The notes beneath the pieces are model-generated. The model searched no databases and was not told the DNA's origin. It saw nothing but the letters and a program-made list of their open reading frames with translations. The position numbers and the translations under genes are program-made. Source: Candidatus Melainabacteria bacterium 17Bon1m (GTDB lineage Bacteria; Cyanobacteriota; Vampirovibrionia; Obscuribacterales; Obscuribacteraceae). Taken from it: a stretch of 64,000 nucleotides of DNA. Of this stretch, positions 1-10,436 are shown piece after piece (position 1 is the stretch's first letter; each line of letters opens with the position of its first letter). The stretch is from contig JAVLKG010000006.1 of assembly GCA_032128875.1 (NCBI GenBank), forward strand, positions 32,001-96,000, in the 5' to 3' direction.

Positions 1-72
1 CTTTTGCAGGTTCGCGATCGCCTTTTTCATCCGATCTTCAGCCGTAGCCAGTACTTCAGTAGCAGTACTCAT
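1..72 (-). CDS. frr: Ribosome recycling factor, N-terminal 24 codons (truncated by window edge)
   Basis: Reverse strand reads MSTATEVLATAEDRMKKAIANLQK. Its ATG overlaps the pyrH TGA (ATGA), giving the canonical rpsB-tsf-pyrH-frr order. Not in the ORF track. Confidence 0.9.
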   Translation of the reverse strand, partial: MSTATEVLATAEDRMKKAIANLQK

Positions 73-866
73 TTTGCTCCTCCAACTCGAGTGCCGATTA
101 GTGTTCCCACCTTTTCGCCTAAGACGATGCGCTCGATGCTGCCTGATTTAGCAAAATCGAACACTACAAAGGGGATATTGTTTTCCTTGCAAATAGATAC
201 AGCGGCAGGATCCATAACTTTCAGTCCTTGCCTGATCAAGTCTTCAAAGCTGATGCGCTCGATTTTCTTGGCGTGAGGGTTCTTTCTGGGATCGTCGTCG
301 TAGACGCCGTCCACACCGTTCTTCGCCATTAAGACAGAATCTGCTTTGATTTCTGCAGCGCGCAAGGCAGCTGCTGTGTCTGTTGTAACGTGCGGGTTGC
401 CTGTTCCGCCGCCGAATATAACGATGCGTCCCTTTTCCAGATGGCGAATTGCGCGCAATCTAATGAAAGGCTCAGCGATCGAGGGCATGGCAATTGCGGT
501 CATAACACGCACTTGAGCGCCCTTTGATTTCAAAACTTCTTGCAGAATAAGGCAATTCATTACGGTGGCGAGCATGCCTACATAATCGGCTGCCGCTTTG
601 TCCATTCCCCAGGCGCTGCCTGTGACGCCGCGGAAGATATTGCCGCCGCCTACGACGATTGCAATCTGAATTCCGAGTTGCTGTGCAGCGATGATTTCGT
701 CAGCGATAGGTCCAATGACGTCGGGGGCAATGCCGAATTTTTCGTTGCCCATCAGTGCCTCACCGCTCAACTTGAGCAGTATGCGCTTATAAACTGGGTC
801 TCTGCCTGGTTTTGCTGCTTGTGTATTCACGAGCGGGGATTCCTTAGTGCTTGGTGTGCCTGACAT
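69..866 (-). CDS. pyrH: UMP kinase
   Basis: YKRILLKLSGEAL, GGGNIFRG, DYVGMLATVMN, TTDTAAALRA. Start placed at ATG 866 rather than ORF start 950. Confidence 0.97.
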   Translation of the reverse strand: MSGTPSTKESPLVNTQAAKPGRDPVYKRILLKLSGEALMGNEKFGIAPDVIGPIADEIIAAQQLGIQIAIVVGGGNIFRGVTGSAWGMDKAAADYVGMLATVMNCLILQEVLKSKGAQVRVMTAIAMPSIAEPFIRLRAIRHLEKGRIVIFGGGTGNPHVTTDTAAALRAAEIKADSVLMAKNGVDGVYDDDPRKNPHAKKIERISFEDLIRQGLKVMDPAAVSICKENNIPFVVFDFAKSGSIERIVLGEKVGTLIGTRVGGAK

Positions 867-1092
867 GCTGGCTTGGCAACCTCGATTTGCAATGTATATT
901 CGGTCGAATTTAACAGGTAATATTACCGCAACCCGCATCGGGCCTTCCACTCATGCAGTCTCATTAGGTTTGCAATCGGATGTCATCCAGCTAAAACCCT
1001 GCTGCAAGCGGTGTAATGACCGTTTTCAAGTGAATTTTGCGCCATCCGGAGAACATACAGACGTGCTCCGAACGAAGGCCCATCAGTAATAC

Positions 1093-1120
1093 AAAAGCCG
1101 CCTTGTAAGGGGCGGCTTTC
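1093..1120 (-). terminator. Rho-independent terminator-like hairpin after tsf
   Basis: Minus strand AAAGCCGCC-ccttacaa-GGCGGCTTT followed by a short T-rich tail. Confidence 0.7.
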
Positions 1121-1146
1121 ATTAACTCTCAGATTTATTTACGCGA

Positions 1147-2052
1147 TTACTCTTCGCCGGCTCCGTTTTGGTCGGCTTGTGTTTCGCCCAAGATAAAGAG
1201 CGAGAAGCTCTTCACTTCCAGCTTGGCGCCCAAATCGGTGCCGCTGGCAGCCAGGTACTTGCTGACTGTTTGGGTTGGATCTTTGACGAATTGTTGTTCG
1301 TTCAAGCAGCGCTCGGCAAAAATCTTGTCGATGCGACCTTGTACGATTTTTTCGCGCATTTCCGGCTTTTTGTCTGCCAAATCTTGCTTTCCAGCTTCGA
1401 TACGGCGCTCATTTTCAATTGTTTCTGCCGGGATGTCGTTCTTGCTGACGAATTGCGGCTTAGCCGAAACGATATGCATCGCAATATCTCTGCCAAGAGC
1501 TGCTGCTTTTTCGGCATCAATCTTCTTGTCTGCTTCGATGGTGACGATTGCACCCATTTTTCCGCCCAGGGCGTGGACATAGATTCCGATAACGCCTTCT
1601 TTGCCATTCAAATCTTCAAGGGCAGCGCGGCGCAGGATGATGTTTTCGCCGATTTTCGCGATAGCGGCGGTCACATGCTCGGCTACGGTCGTGCCTTTGA
1701 TTGATTGCTTGTTGAGGGCTTCAACGGAGGCGGACTTCGTAGTCAATGCGGTTTCGGCGAGGTCCTTGGTCAACTGGATGAACTCTTCGTTGCGGGCAAC
1801 GAAGTCGGTTTCGCAGTTTACTTCGATAAGGGCGCCGGACTTGCCATCATTGGCGATGTGACCGACTACCAGACCTTCGGAGGCAGAACGCGATGCTTTC
1901 TTGCTTGCGGAAGCAACGCCCTTTTGACGCAGAATTTCGAATGCCTTTTCGGAATCGCCACTGGCTTCTACAAGAGCTTTCTTGCAGTCCATCATTGCTG
2001 CGCCTGATTTGTCTCTTAGCTCTTTAACCAGTTGAGCCGAAATCTCTACCAT
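1147..2052 (-). CDS. tsf: Elongation factor Ts
   Basis: ISAQLVKELRDKSGAAMMDCKKAL, EVNCETDFVARN. AGGAG SD upstream; start is 2052 or 2058. Confidence 0.98.
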   Translation of the reverse strand: MVEISAQLVKELRDKSGAAMMDCKKALVEASGDSEKAFEILRQKGVASASKKASRSASEGLVVGHIANDGKSGALIEVNCETDFVARNEEFIQLTKDLAETALTTKSASVEALNKQSIKGTTVAEHVTAAIAKIGENIILRRAALEDLNGKEGVIGIYVHALGGKMGAIVTIEADKKIDAEKAAALGRDIAMHIVSAKPQFVSKNDIPAETIENERRIEAGKQDLADKKPEMREKIVQGRIDKIFAERCLNEQQFVKDPTQTVSKYLAASGTDLGAKLEVKSFSLFILGETQADQNGAGEE

Positions 2053-2142
2053 GACCATATTTCTCCTCGCAATATTCACTTGTGGCATGCCGCTGGTTTT
2101 TGCAGCTTGCCTGAGAGTAGTTAGAACGAATGCAAAAGCTGA

Positions 2143-2958
2143 TTAAGCTTCTTCATCTTCAGTGAGGGCTTCTTCAAGGTCTTCAGCTACAGCAGCAGTG
2201 CTTGCGCCAACAACTGCATGAACTTTCTCTTCTTCCTGTTGAACAAGAGCTTTCTCTTCTTCAAAGGTGTGTGCTTGACCTTGTTTGCCTTCCAAGATGG
2301 AATCCGCAACTTTGCTCATAATCAGCTTGATAGAGCGGATCGAATCATCGTTGCCGGGAATTACATAATCGATGCCATCTGGATCGCAGTTGGTGTCGAT
2401 GATACCGACTACGGTGATGCCGATTTTCTTGGCTTCGGCAACGGCGATGTCTTCACGCTTTTGGTCGATGACGAAAAGTACATCCGGGCGACCACGCATA
2501 TTTTTGATACCGCCCAAAGACTTTTCGAGCTTGAACAATTCGCGGTTCAAAACTGCCAATTCTTTCTTGGGACGGCGGTAGAAGTCGCCGGTGTCGCGCA
2601 TTTCTTCAAGCTCTTTCAAGCGGTTGATGCGCAGACGAATAGTTTCAAAATTGGTGAGCATACCGCCCAACCAACGGCGGTTTACAAAGTGTGCTCCGCA
2701 ACGCTTCGCTTCTTCTTCGATGATGTCGGCGGCTTGTTTTTTGGTGCCGACGAAGACGATGTTTTTCTTTTCGGAAGCGATCTTGCGCAAGAAGTCGCAA
2801 GCTTTGTCGAGCGCACGAGTGGTCTGCTCTAGGTCGATAATATAAATCCCGTTACGTTCGCCGTAGATGTACTGGCGCATTTTGGGATTCCAGCGGCGGG
2901 TTTGGTGTCCGAAGTGGACCCCGGCTTCCAACAGTTGTCTCATTGATGCTACTGACAA
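2143..2958 (-). CDS. rpsB: 30S ribosomal protein S2
   Basis: [47 protein letters not shown] start. Confidence 0.99.
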   Translation of the reverse strand: MSVASMRQLLEAGVHFGHQTRRWNPKMRQYIYGERNGIYIIDLEQTTRALDKACDFLRKIASEKKNIVFVGTKKQAADIIEEEAKRCGAHFVNRRWLGGMLTNFETIRLRINRLKELEEMRDTGDFYRRPKKELAVLNRELFKLEKSLGGIKNMRGRPDVLFVIDQKREDIAVAEAKKIGITVVGIIDTNCDPDGIDYVIPGNDDSIRSIKLIMSKVADSILEGKQGQAHTFEEEKALVQQEEEKVHAVVGASTAAVAEDLEEALTEDEEA

Positions 2959-3240
2959 GGCTGACTCATGCTCCTATTTCAATGTGAGTACTAGCGGGGG
3001 GTATGACTGCTTGTATATCTGTTTTATTTCTTCGATCACTAATTAACCCATGGCACCGCAGTAGGTACCGAAAGTGTTTATGTTTCAAGCGCACCCCCCA
3101 TTGAGTGAATGGCGCGCCAAACACAACACTTCCCCGGACCAAATCTTGCTGCTGCAGAACGTTATCGTCCTTGCAAAACACTCGCAAGCCGTGACCAGTT
3201 GCCCTGTTCCCACGGAACAGACAAGTCACCAATTCTATCA
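2959..3240 (-). promoter_or_regulatory. rpsB promoter (extended -10 TGaTAGAAT) and long structured 5' leader
   Basis: Extended -10 at 3240-3232; several hairpins including 3191-3229 and 3071-3131. Confidence 0.5.
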
Positions 3241-3264
3241 CGAAATCCTCGAAATACCTATTTA

Positions 3265-3294
3265 TGGACAATTTCAGGATTTGATCGTTATAAT
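3265..3294 (+). promoter_or_regulatory. Sigma70-type promoter of the HNH gene
   Basis: TGGACA-N18-TATAAT, 41 nt upstream of the HNH start, which has a GAGGAG SD. Confidence 0.6.
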
Positions 3295-3335
3295 GTTTCT
3301 ACGTAAACAAATGCTAAGTAGCATGAGGAGCGGTC

Positions 3336-3830
3336 TTGTCTAAGGTTTTAGTACTTAATGCTTCGTATGAGCCTTTAAACATCTGTACGTGGAGACGTGC
3401 TGTTGTCCTTCTGCTTAAGGGGAAAGCTGAGCAGATAGAGGATAACGGCAAAATTGTTTACGCAGAGTTCCCGTTACCGACTGTGATTCGACTACGAAGT
3501 TACGTCAAGATTCCGTATAAAGAGATCAGTCTGTCCCGGCGCAACGTTTTGCACCGGGATTCTTATACGTGCCAGTATTGCAGCGAAAAGCGGCATGATT
3601 TGACGATTGATCACATCATCCCTCGATCGAAGGGCGGAACCGACAATTGGGAAAACGTAGTGGCTGCTTGTTTAAAGTGCAACGTCAAGAAGGGAGATCG
3701 CACTCCGAAGGAAGCTGGAATGCCCTTGCTTTGTGCGCCTCGACGTCCTCAAAGCCACGTGCACTTCGAAATATCTAAACATTCCGTGTCCGGCGATTAC
3801 GCCTGGAAAAAGTACGTCATCGGTGCCTAA
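3336..3830 (+). CDS. HNH endonuclease (small McrA-like family common in cyanobacteria and actinobacteria)
   Basis: VLVLNASYEPL N-terminus; RDSYTCQYC, TIDHIIPRSKGG, WENVVAACLKCNVKKG. Confidence 0.92.
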   Translation: MSKVLVLNASYEPLNICTWRRAVVLLLKGKAEQIEDNGKIVYAEFPLPTVIRLRSYVKIPYKEISLSRRNVLHRDSYTCQYCSEKRHDLTIDHIIPRSKGGTDNWENVVAACLKCNVKKGDRTPKEAGMPLLCAPRRPQSHVHFEISKHSVSGDYAWKKYVIGA

Positions 3831-3857
3831 AGCAGTCGCCTGAGATAAAAGCATCTG

Positions 3858-3884
3858 AAAACCCTTGCCACGCAAGGGTTTTTT
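3858..3884 (+). terminator. Intrinsic terminator after the HNH gene
   Basis: AAAACCCTTGC-cac-GCAAGGGTTTT-TT. Confidence 0.8.
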
Positions 3885-4013
3885 GGTTCTGCTGGCTGTT
3901 TTTTTGCAGATGCGCCGAAACTTTTATCGCTTTTCAACCTTCTGTTTTGAACTTTTTCTCCTCTGGCGACGTTTTAAAGAAAAGCAAGACTCATACGGAC
4001 GGAGGGCGCGGAA

Positions 4014-6689
4014 GTGACATCACCTCTATACTCATTTGAGAAAAGGTTGTTTCATGGGCGGCGATTTAGATTGAGCGGCAACAGGCCTGCAAGTTTGGAT
4101 TCTTTGACAGGCTTAGACACAGCGCCGCTTTATGCGAGCGTTGCTCTAGACGTTCAAATCCGCGACCTAAAAGACCGGCTCTTTACCTATAAAGTGCCGG
4201 AGCATTTTAAAGATGACGCATTTGTCGGAGCTCAAGTCCTGGTGCCGTTCGGCGCACAGGGGCTTGTGGCGGGCTATGTTGTATCTCTCACATATACTCC
4301 GGAGAGTTATGGCGACGGGAAGGTCAATTTCAAGGAAATTTCCGACATCCTTGTCCCAGAGCCTGCTTTTGACTCTAATTATGTCGGACTGCTCCATTGG
4401 ATAGCTGATTTCTATCTGTGCAATATATCTGATGTGATTCAAGCCGCAATACCGTCCATTGCCGCACCAAAAACCAAGCGTGTTATTTCACTTAACGAAG
4501 TCGCGTTCACCATCGTTCCGTTTGAGATGCAGCCTTATTACAAGGATAAAGCGGCGCGGGCAATTGTTGAAGTTTTAAAAGAATCGAAGAGCGGAGTTCT
4601 TGCTGTGAGCGCTGCCAAACAGCGTTTTCAAAAAAAGATAAAGCAGACGCAAGGGCAGTTTTTTAGAGCTCTGACTTTGCTGCGACAAGAAAACGTCGTC
4701 ACGATTTCCACCGAAACTGAAGCCGGCACACAACCGAAAACTCAGCGTTGTGTTGCAGTTGGGATGAGCGAGCCGAAGACTACTCGCCAGAAGGAAGTTG
4801 TGGCAGTACTTAATCGTGCTGGTGGTCAGATGCCACTCAAGCAATTGCTGGAAGAAGCAAAGACAACCCATGGCACTGTGAGAAAATTAGAAGAGGATGG
4901 CATTGTATTCTTCGTTGAGGAAGAATTGGTGCGCGATCCCATGGCGTCAGTAGAGACAGTTGAAACTAAAGCTCGTGGCGCAATTACTCTCACGGACCAG
5001 CAAGAAAAAGTTTTCGCGACACTGAAGCAATCGTTGGAAGACTGCTTCGATGGCAATATTCGTCTCGTTGAGCGCGACCCGGCAAAACCGGGTGCAAGCC
5101 TGAAAAGCGTCAATTCTCAGCCGTGGCTCCTGCATGGAGTTACAGGTTCAGGCAAAACTGAAATTTATATCCGGCTGATGGAAGAATGTTTGGAGCACGG
5201 TCGGACGGCACTGCTTTTGGTGCCTGAAATAAGTTTGACTCCTCAACTTTCTCGACTTTTGAAAACTCGCTTTGGCGGTAGTGTTGCAGTTTGGCACAGC
5301 GCTCTGAGCCCTGGTGAGCGCTATGACACGTGGCGACGGATAAAGTCCGGCGATGTGAAAGTTTTACTCGGTGCCCGGTCGGCGATTTTGGTCCATATGC
5401 CCGATCTCGGTTTGATTATCCTAGACGAAGAACACGACGGCAGTTACAAGCAATCGAGTCCGGCTCCTCGTTATCACGCCAGAGAAATTGCCGAAGAGAG
5501 AGCCGAAAGAGAAGGTGCTTTGCTGCTTTTGGGCAGTGCAACACCAGATGTCGGTACTTATAAACGTGCCATTGCCGAAGGAAAAATTCTAGAACTTCCC
5601 GAGCGTGTTTTTAAGCAAGCACTGCCCGCGGTGAACATTGTCGACATGCGTCAGGAATTTTCCGAAGGAAATCGCACAATTTTTTCCAACGTTCTGGCGG
5701 GAGCAGTGCAAGAGCGCCTCAACGCAAACGAGCAGATCATCCTTCTAATTAACCGGCGCGGTTATGCCAACCATGTATTTTGCCGCGGATGCGGATTCGT
5801 TGTTCGCTGCAAGAATTGCAGTGTTTCCATGGTCTACCACCAAAAGCTCAATCAGTCCGAAGGATACATGGCTTGCCACCACTGCGCCTATACACTAAAT
5901 GGACTAAAACTCTGCCCTTCATGCAAGGGGCCATTCATCAAGCAATATGGATTAGGAACGCAGCGCGTTGAAGAAGAAGTGCTAGAACGATTCCCGGACG
6001 CGAAAGTCATACGCCTGGACAGCGACGTAGCGCAAACCAAAGGTGCACATGAGAGGCTGCTTTCTAAGTTTGCTTCCGGAGAAGCAGATGTACTTATCGG
6101 AACGCAAATGGTGGCAAAAGGTCTGGACATCGAAAGGGTAACTCTTGTTGGTGTTCTGGCTGCGGACGCGGCATTCAATATGCCCGACTACAGATCTATG
6201 GAGCGCGGTTTCCAACTTCTCACGCAGGTTTCTGGGCGAGCCGGGCGCGGCAAGCACCCTGGCTCTGTCATTTTCCAGAGCTACAACTGTGACATGCCGG
6301 TAATTGCATGGGCACAGACACACAATTACAAGTCATTTGCCGGAAGTGAATTGGAGTCTCGCGAACTATTTCAGTATCCGCCGTTTAGTCAAATAATTCG
6401 CGTCGTAATTGCCGGTGTTGATCCAGTCGCGACCGAAAGTGCTTGCGAGCGCTTGGCTGAAGAAATCGGGCATCAGCTTGAGGAAACCATCGGTCTTAGC
6501 GATGTAAAAATTCTTGGGCCTGCGCCTTGCATTATCGAGCGATTGAGAAATAAATTCCGCTTCCACTTGATCATAAAAAATCTTGCTGGAGAAGAAGGGC
6601 GAAAGTTGATCGGCGGTTTCCTGCGCGCAAAGCGTATGCCACCGGATCTTCAAATGGCAGTCGATGTGGGCGCTTTGGACTTGCTATAG
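4014..6689 (+). CDS. priA: Primosomal protein N' (replication restart helicase)
   Basis: LLHGVTGSGKTEIY, DEEH, four CxxC pairs, GTQMVAKGLD, QVSGRAGR. True start is probably downstream of 4014. Confidence 0.96.
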   Translation: MTSPLYSFEKRLFHGRRFRLSGNRPASLDSLTGLDTAPLYASVALDVQIRDLKDRLFTYKVPEHFKDDAFVGAQVLVPFGAQGLVAGYVVSLTYTPESYGDGKVNFKEISDILVPEPAFDSNYVGLLHWIADFYLCNISDVIQAAIPSIAAPKTKRVISLNEVAFTIVPFEMQPYYKDKAARAIVEVLKESKSGVLAVSAAKQRFQKKIKQTQGQFFRALTLLRQENVVTISTETEAGTQPKTQRCVAVGMSEPKTTRQKEVVAVLNRAGGQMPLKQLLEEAKTTHGTVRKLEEDGIVFFVEEELVRDPMASVETVETKARGAITLTDQQEKVFATLKQSLEDCFDGNIRLVERDPAKPGASLKSVNSQPWLLHGVTGSGKTEIYIRLMEECLEHGRTALLLVPEISLTPQLSRLLKTRFGGSVAVWHSALSPGERYDTWRRIKSGDVKVLLGARSAILVHMPDLGLIILDEEHDGSYKQSSPAPRYHAREIAEERAEREGALLLLGSATPDVGTYKRAIAEGKILELPERVFKQALPAVNIVDMRQEFSEGNRTIFSNVLAGAVQERLNANEQIILLINRRGYANHVFCRGCGFVVRCKNCSVSMVYHQKLNQSEGYMACHHCAYTLNGLKLCPSCKGPFIKQYGLGTQRVEEEVLERFPDAKVIRLDSDVAQTKGAHERLLSKFASGEADVLIGTQMVAKGLDIERVTLVGVLAADAAFNMPDYRSMERGFQLLTQVSGRAGRGKHPGSVIFQSYNCDMPVIAWAQTHNYKSFAGSELESRELFQYPPFSQIIRVVIAGVDPVATESACERLAEEIGHQLEETIGLSDVKILGPAPCIIERLRNKFRFHLIIKNLAGEEGRKLIGGFLRAKRMPPDLQMAVDVGALDLL

Positions 6690-6757
6690 CTCTCTTTGGT
6701 ATTGGAACCGATACCAGCCTCAAAACGTCATCCAGTAGATGATTAGAGGTGATTTTT

Positions 6758-6988
6758 ATGAAAGACCTTTTCAAAGATAAGAAGACCGAGCGAGTAGGTT
6801 TGCTCGTGGCGACGGTCATATTCGGCATTATTGGCGTGGCGCAATTATGGCGCGCGTTTTCAGGTGTGCCAGTTGCCTTCAACGGCACTGCCGTGCCCGT
6901 TTGGATTAGTCTGGTAGTCGGCTGTCTGGCTCTGTTTATGTCATTTTGGATGGGACAGATTCTCAGACACAACCGTCCGATTATTTAG
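6758..6988 (+). CDS. Small two-TM membrane protein
   Basis: GAGGTGA SD; two hydrophobic segments; VPVWIS motif. Confidence 0.7.
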   Translation: MKDLFKDKKTERVGLLVATVIFGIIGVAQLWRAFSGVPVAFNGTAVPVWISLVVGCLALFMSFWMGQILRHNRPII

Positions 6989-7099
6989 AGATAGCTGCAT
7001 GAATAAATCCATTCGTTTAATGCGCTGGCGCATTCTCTGGAGAAATTTCCGTGTACGCGGTAAGAGAAGCTTTCGACTAAAGTCGCGACAAGCCGCTTT

Positions 7100-7873
7100 C
7101 TAGAATAATCCAGTAGACAAACCGGCCGCAATTGCAAGAAGCAAGACAGAAGCGGCGATTTCAATTTTTTTGAGCGACATCTTCTTCAAGAGTTTGTTGC
7201 CGATTAAGGTGCCTGCAATCGCTGAAAGAGTGGCTGCAGAAAGAAGAGCGAGATGTCCGGAAAGTTCGGGTCCACTAATCTGCTTCCAATAAACCGTCAG
7301 TCGACCTATATCGACCAAACAACCAATAGCAGCACCAGTGCCAATTAGCTCCTCTTTCGTCAGCCCCGCTTTTAAGAGGAACATCGTTCTGAACGCACCC
7401 TGATTACCAGACAAACCACCGAAGAAGCCGCTCAGCAGCCCGCCGACCGGCATCCATTCGGGTTCGATTACCCACTTTTCTGAAATCCCAAATAAGTCCA
7501 TGAGCGCAAAGAGAGCCATTAAGATGCCGATAACAATCCGCACTGGCGTGGTTTTGAGAGTTCTTCCTCCAATTTCGTAGTTAAATATCAACTGCTGGCT
7601 GTCAATCATGTTGAGTAAGAAGGCTCCGGCCAGAGCGGCGCACAGCGCGGCAATCCCGAAGCGCAGCAGTATATCCTTGCGAGCATGACGACCAACCAGA
7701 AATAGCTTGAAAACGTTGTTGGACAGGTGGACTACGGCTGTCGCAGCTATGGCGACACTTATTGGAAAAATCAGCACAAAAACAGCCAGGAGCACCGTTC
7801 CGAGCCCAAAGCCCGTGAAAAATGTCAATATAGCCGCAAAAAACGCTGAAACAATCGCCAGAACAAATGTCAC
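7100..7873 (-). CDS. TSUP/TauE-SafE family membrane transporter
   Basis: TFFTGFGLG and GGLLSGFFGGLSG repeats; about 8 TM segments. Confidence 0.85.
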   Translation of the reverse strand: MTFVLAIVSAFFAAILTFFTGFGLGTVLLAVFVLIFPISVAIAATAVVHLSNNVFKLFLVGRHARKDILLRFGIAALCAALAGAFLLNMIDSQQLIFNYEIGGRTLKTTPVRIVIGILMALFALMDLFGISEKWVIEPEWMPVGGLLSGFFGGLSGNQGAFRTMFLLKAGLTKEELIGTGAAIGCLVDIGRLTVYWKQISGPELSGHLALLSAATLSAIAGTLIGNKLLKKMSLKKIEIAASVLLLAIAAGLSTGLF

Positions 7874-8013
7874 GTTATTACCTTTTCCGCCTCATGAGCA
7901 AAAGTCTAACCCTGTTGCGGTTATAGAGGATGGTGTAAAGCGTTTTCTGCCAAAAATTTCACCATTAACCTGATTCTCTGGCAGGCACGCAGGCTCGCGG
8001 TTACACTGAGTTC

Positions 8014-9339
8014 GTGACAGTCATTTATTACATCGGAATCACTCTATTGCTCCTGTTCGTCTGGCCGGTGCTGATTTTTAGCAGCAAAGCCCGGTTCGGC
8101 GTCGCTCAGAAGCTTGGATTCATTCCTTCTGCAGTGCGTGAGCGCCTCAAATCTGTGAGTGTCAAGCCTGTATGGTTTCATTCCGTTTCGGTAGGCGAAT
8201 TCAACGCTGCATATCCCCTGATAAAGGCTTTTCACGAAAAACATCCAACCCGCCCAATTGTCGTCTCCACAACAACGGGTACAGGGCAAAAACTTGCAAT
8301 GGAGCGTGTCGGCGACTTCGCTCAGGTGATCTACTTTCCTTACGATGCTTATTTTTGCGTGAAGTCTTGGCTGGATGCGATTAACCCGGCCCTGTTCGTA
8401 GTCGTGGAAACCGAGATGTGGCCAGGCTTGATTAGTCAATGCAAGAAGCGCGGTGTCCCTGTCGTTATAGTCAACGGAAGAATTTCACCTCGCTCATTCA
8501 AGTCTTACTGCCGGATAAAACCGTTCTTTCAGCGCTACGTGAAAATGATCGAGCGCATTGGTGCGCAGACGGAAAATGAAGCTGAGCGCTACAAGATGCT
8601 CAGCGATGGCGCTGTGCCTATAGACGTCATGGGAAATCTCAAGTGCGATGGCTTGCAGCCAAAGCCCAAGGAAGAGATAGATAGGTTGCGCAGCAGCCTT
8701 GATTTGGGCGCGGACGATCTTGTCTTTATTGCAGGCTCTACGCACGAAGGTGAAGAAGCCGCAGTATTGAGTGCCTACACGCAAGCACTGAAGCTGATGC
8801 CGGATAAGACGATTCGGTTGATCATCGCGCCCCGTCATCCTCAGCGTTTTGATCGCGCTGCCGAACTTATCAAAGCATCGGGCTTTACAGTGCTTCGCCA
8901 CTCTAAATCTGAGCGCTTTAAAAACGACTTCGATGTTTATCTCATCGACAGCATTGGTCATCTCGCTTCTTTTTACGGTGTTGCCACTGTGGCATTCGTA
9001 GGTGGCACTATCGCGCCAATCGGCGGGCATAACGTTTTAGAACCTTATACATACAATGTGCCGGTTATCGCCGGACCTCGTTTGGAGAAAACACGTGATT
9101 TCGCTCGATTGCTGCAAGATCGCGATGCGCTCTTCATTGTGAAGAATGCCAACGAGATGGCGCAGGAATTGCAGCGATTGCTTAGTGATGAAAGCCTCAG
9201 ACTTGAGATCGGAGTGCGCGGCAACAAGCTGCTTTTGGACAGTCAAGGCGCAGTCAGTAAGGCGCTTGTGATTTTGGAGGAAACTCTCGGAACAACGTCA
9301 GTTACACCAGAACCACAAAGAAGGAATGTAACTGCATGA
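8014..9339 (+). CDS. waaA: Kdo transferase
   Basis: WFHSVSVGE, STTTGTG, ETEMWP, NGRIS, GSTHEGEE, APRHPQRF, GGHNVLEP. Confidence 0.96.
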   Translation: MTVIYYIGITLLLLFVWPVLIFSSKARFGVAQKLGFIPSAVRERLKSVSVKPVWFHSVSVGEFNAAYPLIKAFHEKHPTRPIVVSTTTGTGQKLAMERVGDFAQVIYFPYDAYFCVKSWLDAINPALFVVVETEMWPGLISQCKKRGVPVVIVNGRISPRSFKSYCRIKPFFQRYVKMIERIGAQTENEAERYKMLSDGAVPIDVMGNLKCDGLQPKPKEEIDRLRSSLDLGADDLVFIAGSTHEGEEAAVLSAYTQALKLMPDKTIRLIIAPRHPQRFDRAAELIKASGFTVLRHSKSERFKNDFDVYLIDSIGHLASFYGVATVAFVGGTIAPIGGHNVLEPYTYNVPVIAGPRLEKTRDFARLLQDRDALFIVKNANEMAQELQRLLSDESLRLEIGVRGNKLLLDSQGAVSKALVILEETLGTTSVTPEPQRRNVTA

Positions 9340-10436
9340 GCTGGGGCAATCCGCAATCTTCGCAAGAGAAAATTCTCTACGGTCTAATCAGCCCGCTTTC
9401 GGTTGGCTACGGCATTGGTTCTTACTTTCGCCTGGCTGCATATTCGAAAGGTTACATGAAGCGAATTAAGTTGCCGATTCCGGTAGTGAGCGTCGGCAAT
9501 ATCACATGCGGTGGCACTGGAAAGACCCCGATGGCAATCGACATCACGCGCAGATTGATAGCTGCAGGCTACAAAGTTGCCGTGTTGAGTCGTGGTTACG
9601 CAAGAAAGTCGAAGCAAAAGGTGACTGTCGTTTCAAATGGAAAAGGCGATTTCGCCCTTTGCGAGGAAGCCGGTGACGAACCACTGCTGATTGCTATGTC
9701 GGTGCCGGAGGCTGTTGTTATCGTCGGCAGCAGTCGGGCGCAGACGGCTGCACTTGCGATCGAACAATACAATGCAGATGTGATTGTTTTGGATGACGGG
9801 TTCCAGCACATTCGTCTGGAGCGAGATCTCGATATCGTTCTTGTCGATTACAACGATGACCCGGAAAATGACATGCTCTTGCCTGCGGGCAGATTGCGTG
9901 AGCCTCTGTCCGCGCTCAATCGAGCACGCGTTGTAATCATAACCAAGGTCCCGGCACAGCCTGATCAAGAACGTCTGGAAAAGCTGCGCGCTACGATTCG
10001 CAAACATGCAGACCGTGCAGAAATCGCTGAAGCTCGATTTGTGCCGAAAGGGCTGCGCACTAATAGTGGTGCCGCGCCTCTGGAACAATTGAAAGGACAG
10101 CGTGTTGTAGCTTTCTGTGGAGTCGCGCGGCCAGAAGGTTTTGCCGCTACGCTCAATCAACTCGGCTGTACGGTTGTGCAGTTGAAGAGTTTTTCCGACC
10201 ACCACTGGTACACGCCTGATGAGTTAAAAATGCTCGAGAAGCTGATGCGTGAATCGAATGCATCAGCGGTTGTAACAACCGAAAAAGACATGGTCAAAAT
10301 CGCCCCTCATGACCGTTTGAATCAGCATCTTATTGCCGTCGAAATTGGTGTTGAGTGGCTGGGTCCACTGCCTTTGCATATTTCGGACATGATGAAGGGA
10401 AAGTTTGAGAGTGAATTGAAGCAAAAGCAAAAGTGA
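9336..10436 (+). CDS. lpxK: Tetraacyldisaccharide 4'-kinase
   Basis: SVGNITCGGTGKTP, LSRGY, GDEP, DDGFQH, LPAGRLREP, TTEKD; ATGA overlap with waaA. Confidence 0.96.
   Translation: MSWGNPQSSQEKILYGLISPLSVGYGIGSYFRLAAYSKGYMKRIKLPIPVVSVGNITCGGTGKTPMAIDITRRLIAAGYKVAVLSRGYARKSKQKVTVVSNGKGDFALCEEAGDEPLLIAMSVPEAVVIVGSSRAQTAALAIEQYNADVIVLDDGFQHIRLERDLDIVLVDYNDDPENDMLLPAGRLREPLSALNRARVVIITKVPAQPDQERLEKLRATIRKHADRAEIAEARFVPKGLRTNSGAAPLEQLKGQRVVAFCGVARPEGFAATLNQLGCTVVQLKSFSDHHWYTPDELKMLEKLMRESNASAVVTTEKDMVKIAPHDRLNQHLIAVEIGVEWLGPLPLHISDMMKGKFESELKQKQK

Noticed and set aside
2966-3343. Short ORFs in the rpsB-HNH gap
   Set aside because: No SD or motifs; they overlap the predicted promoters and structured leader
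3336-3830. HNH nuclease as a mobile element or defence system
   Set aside because: Stand-alone small family member with its own promoter and terminator; no intron, methylase, repeats or partner genes
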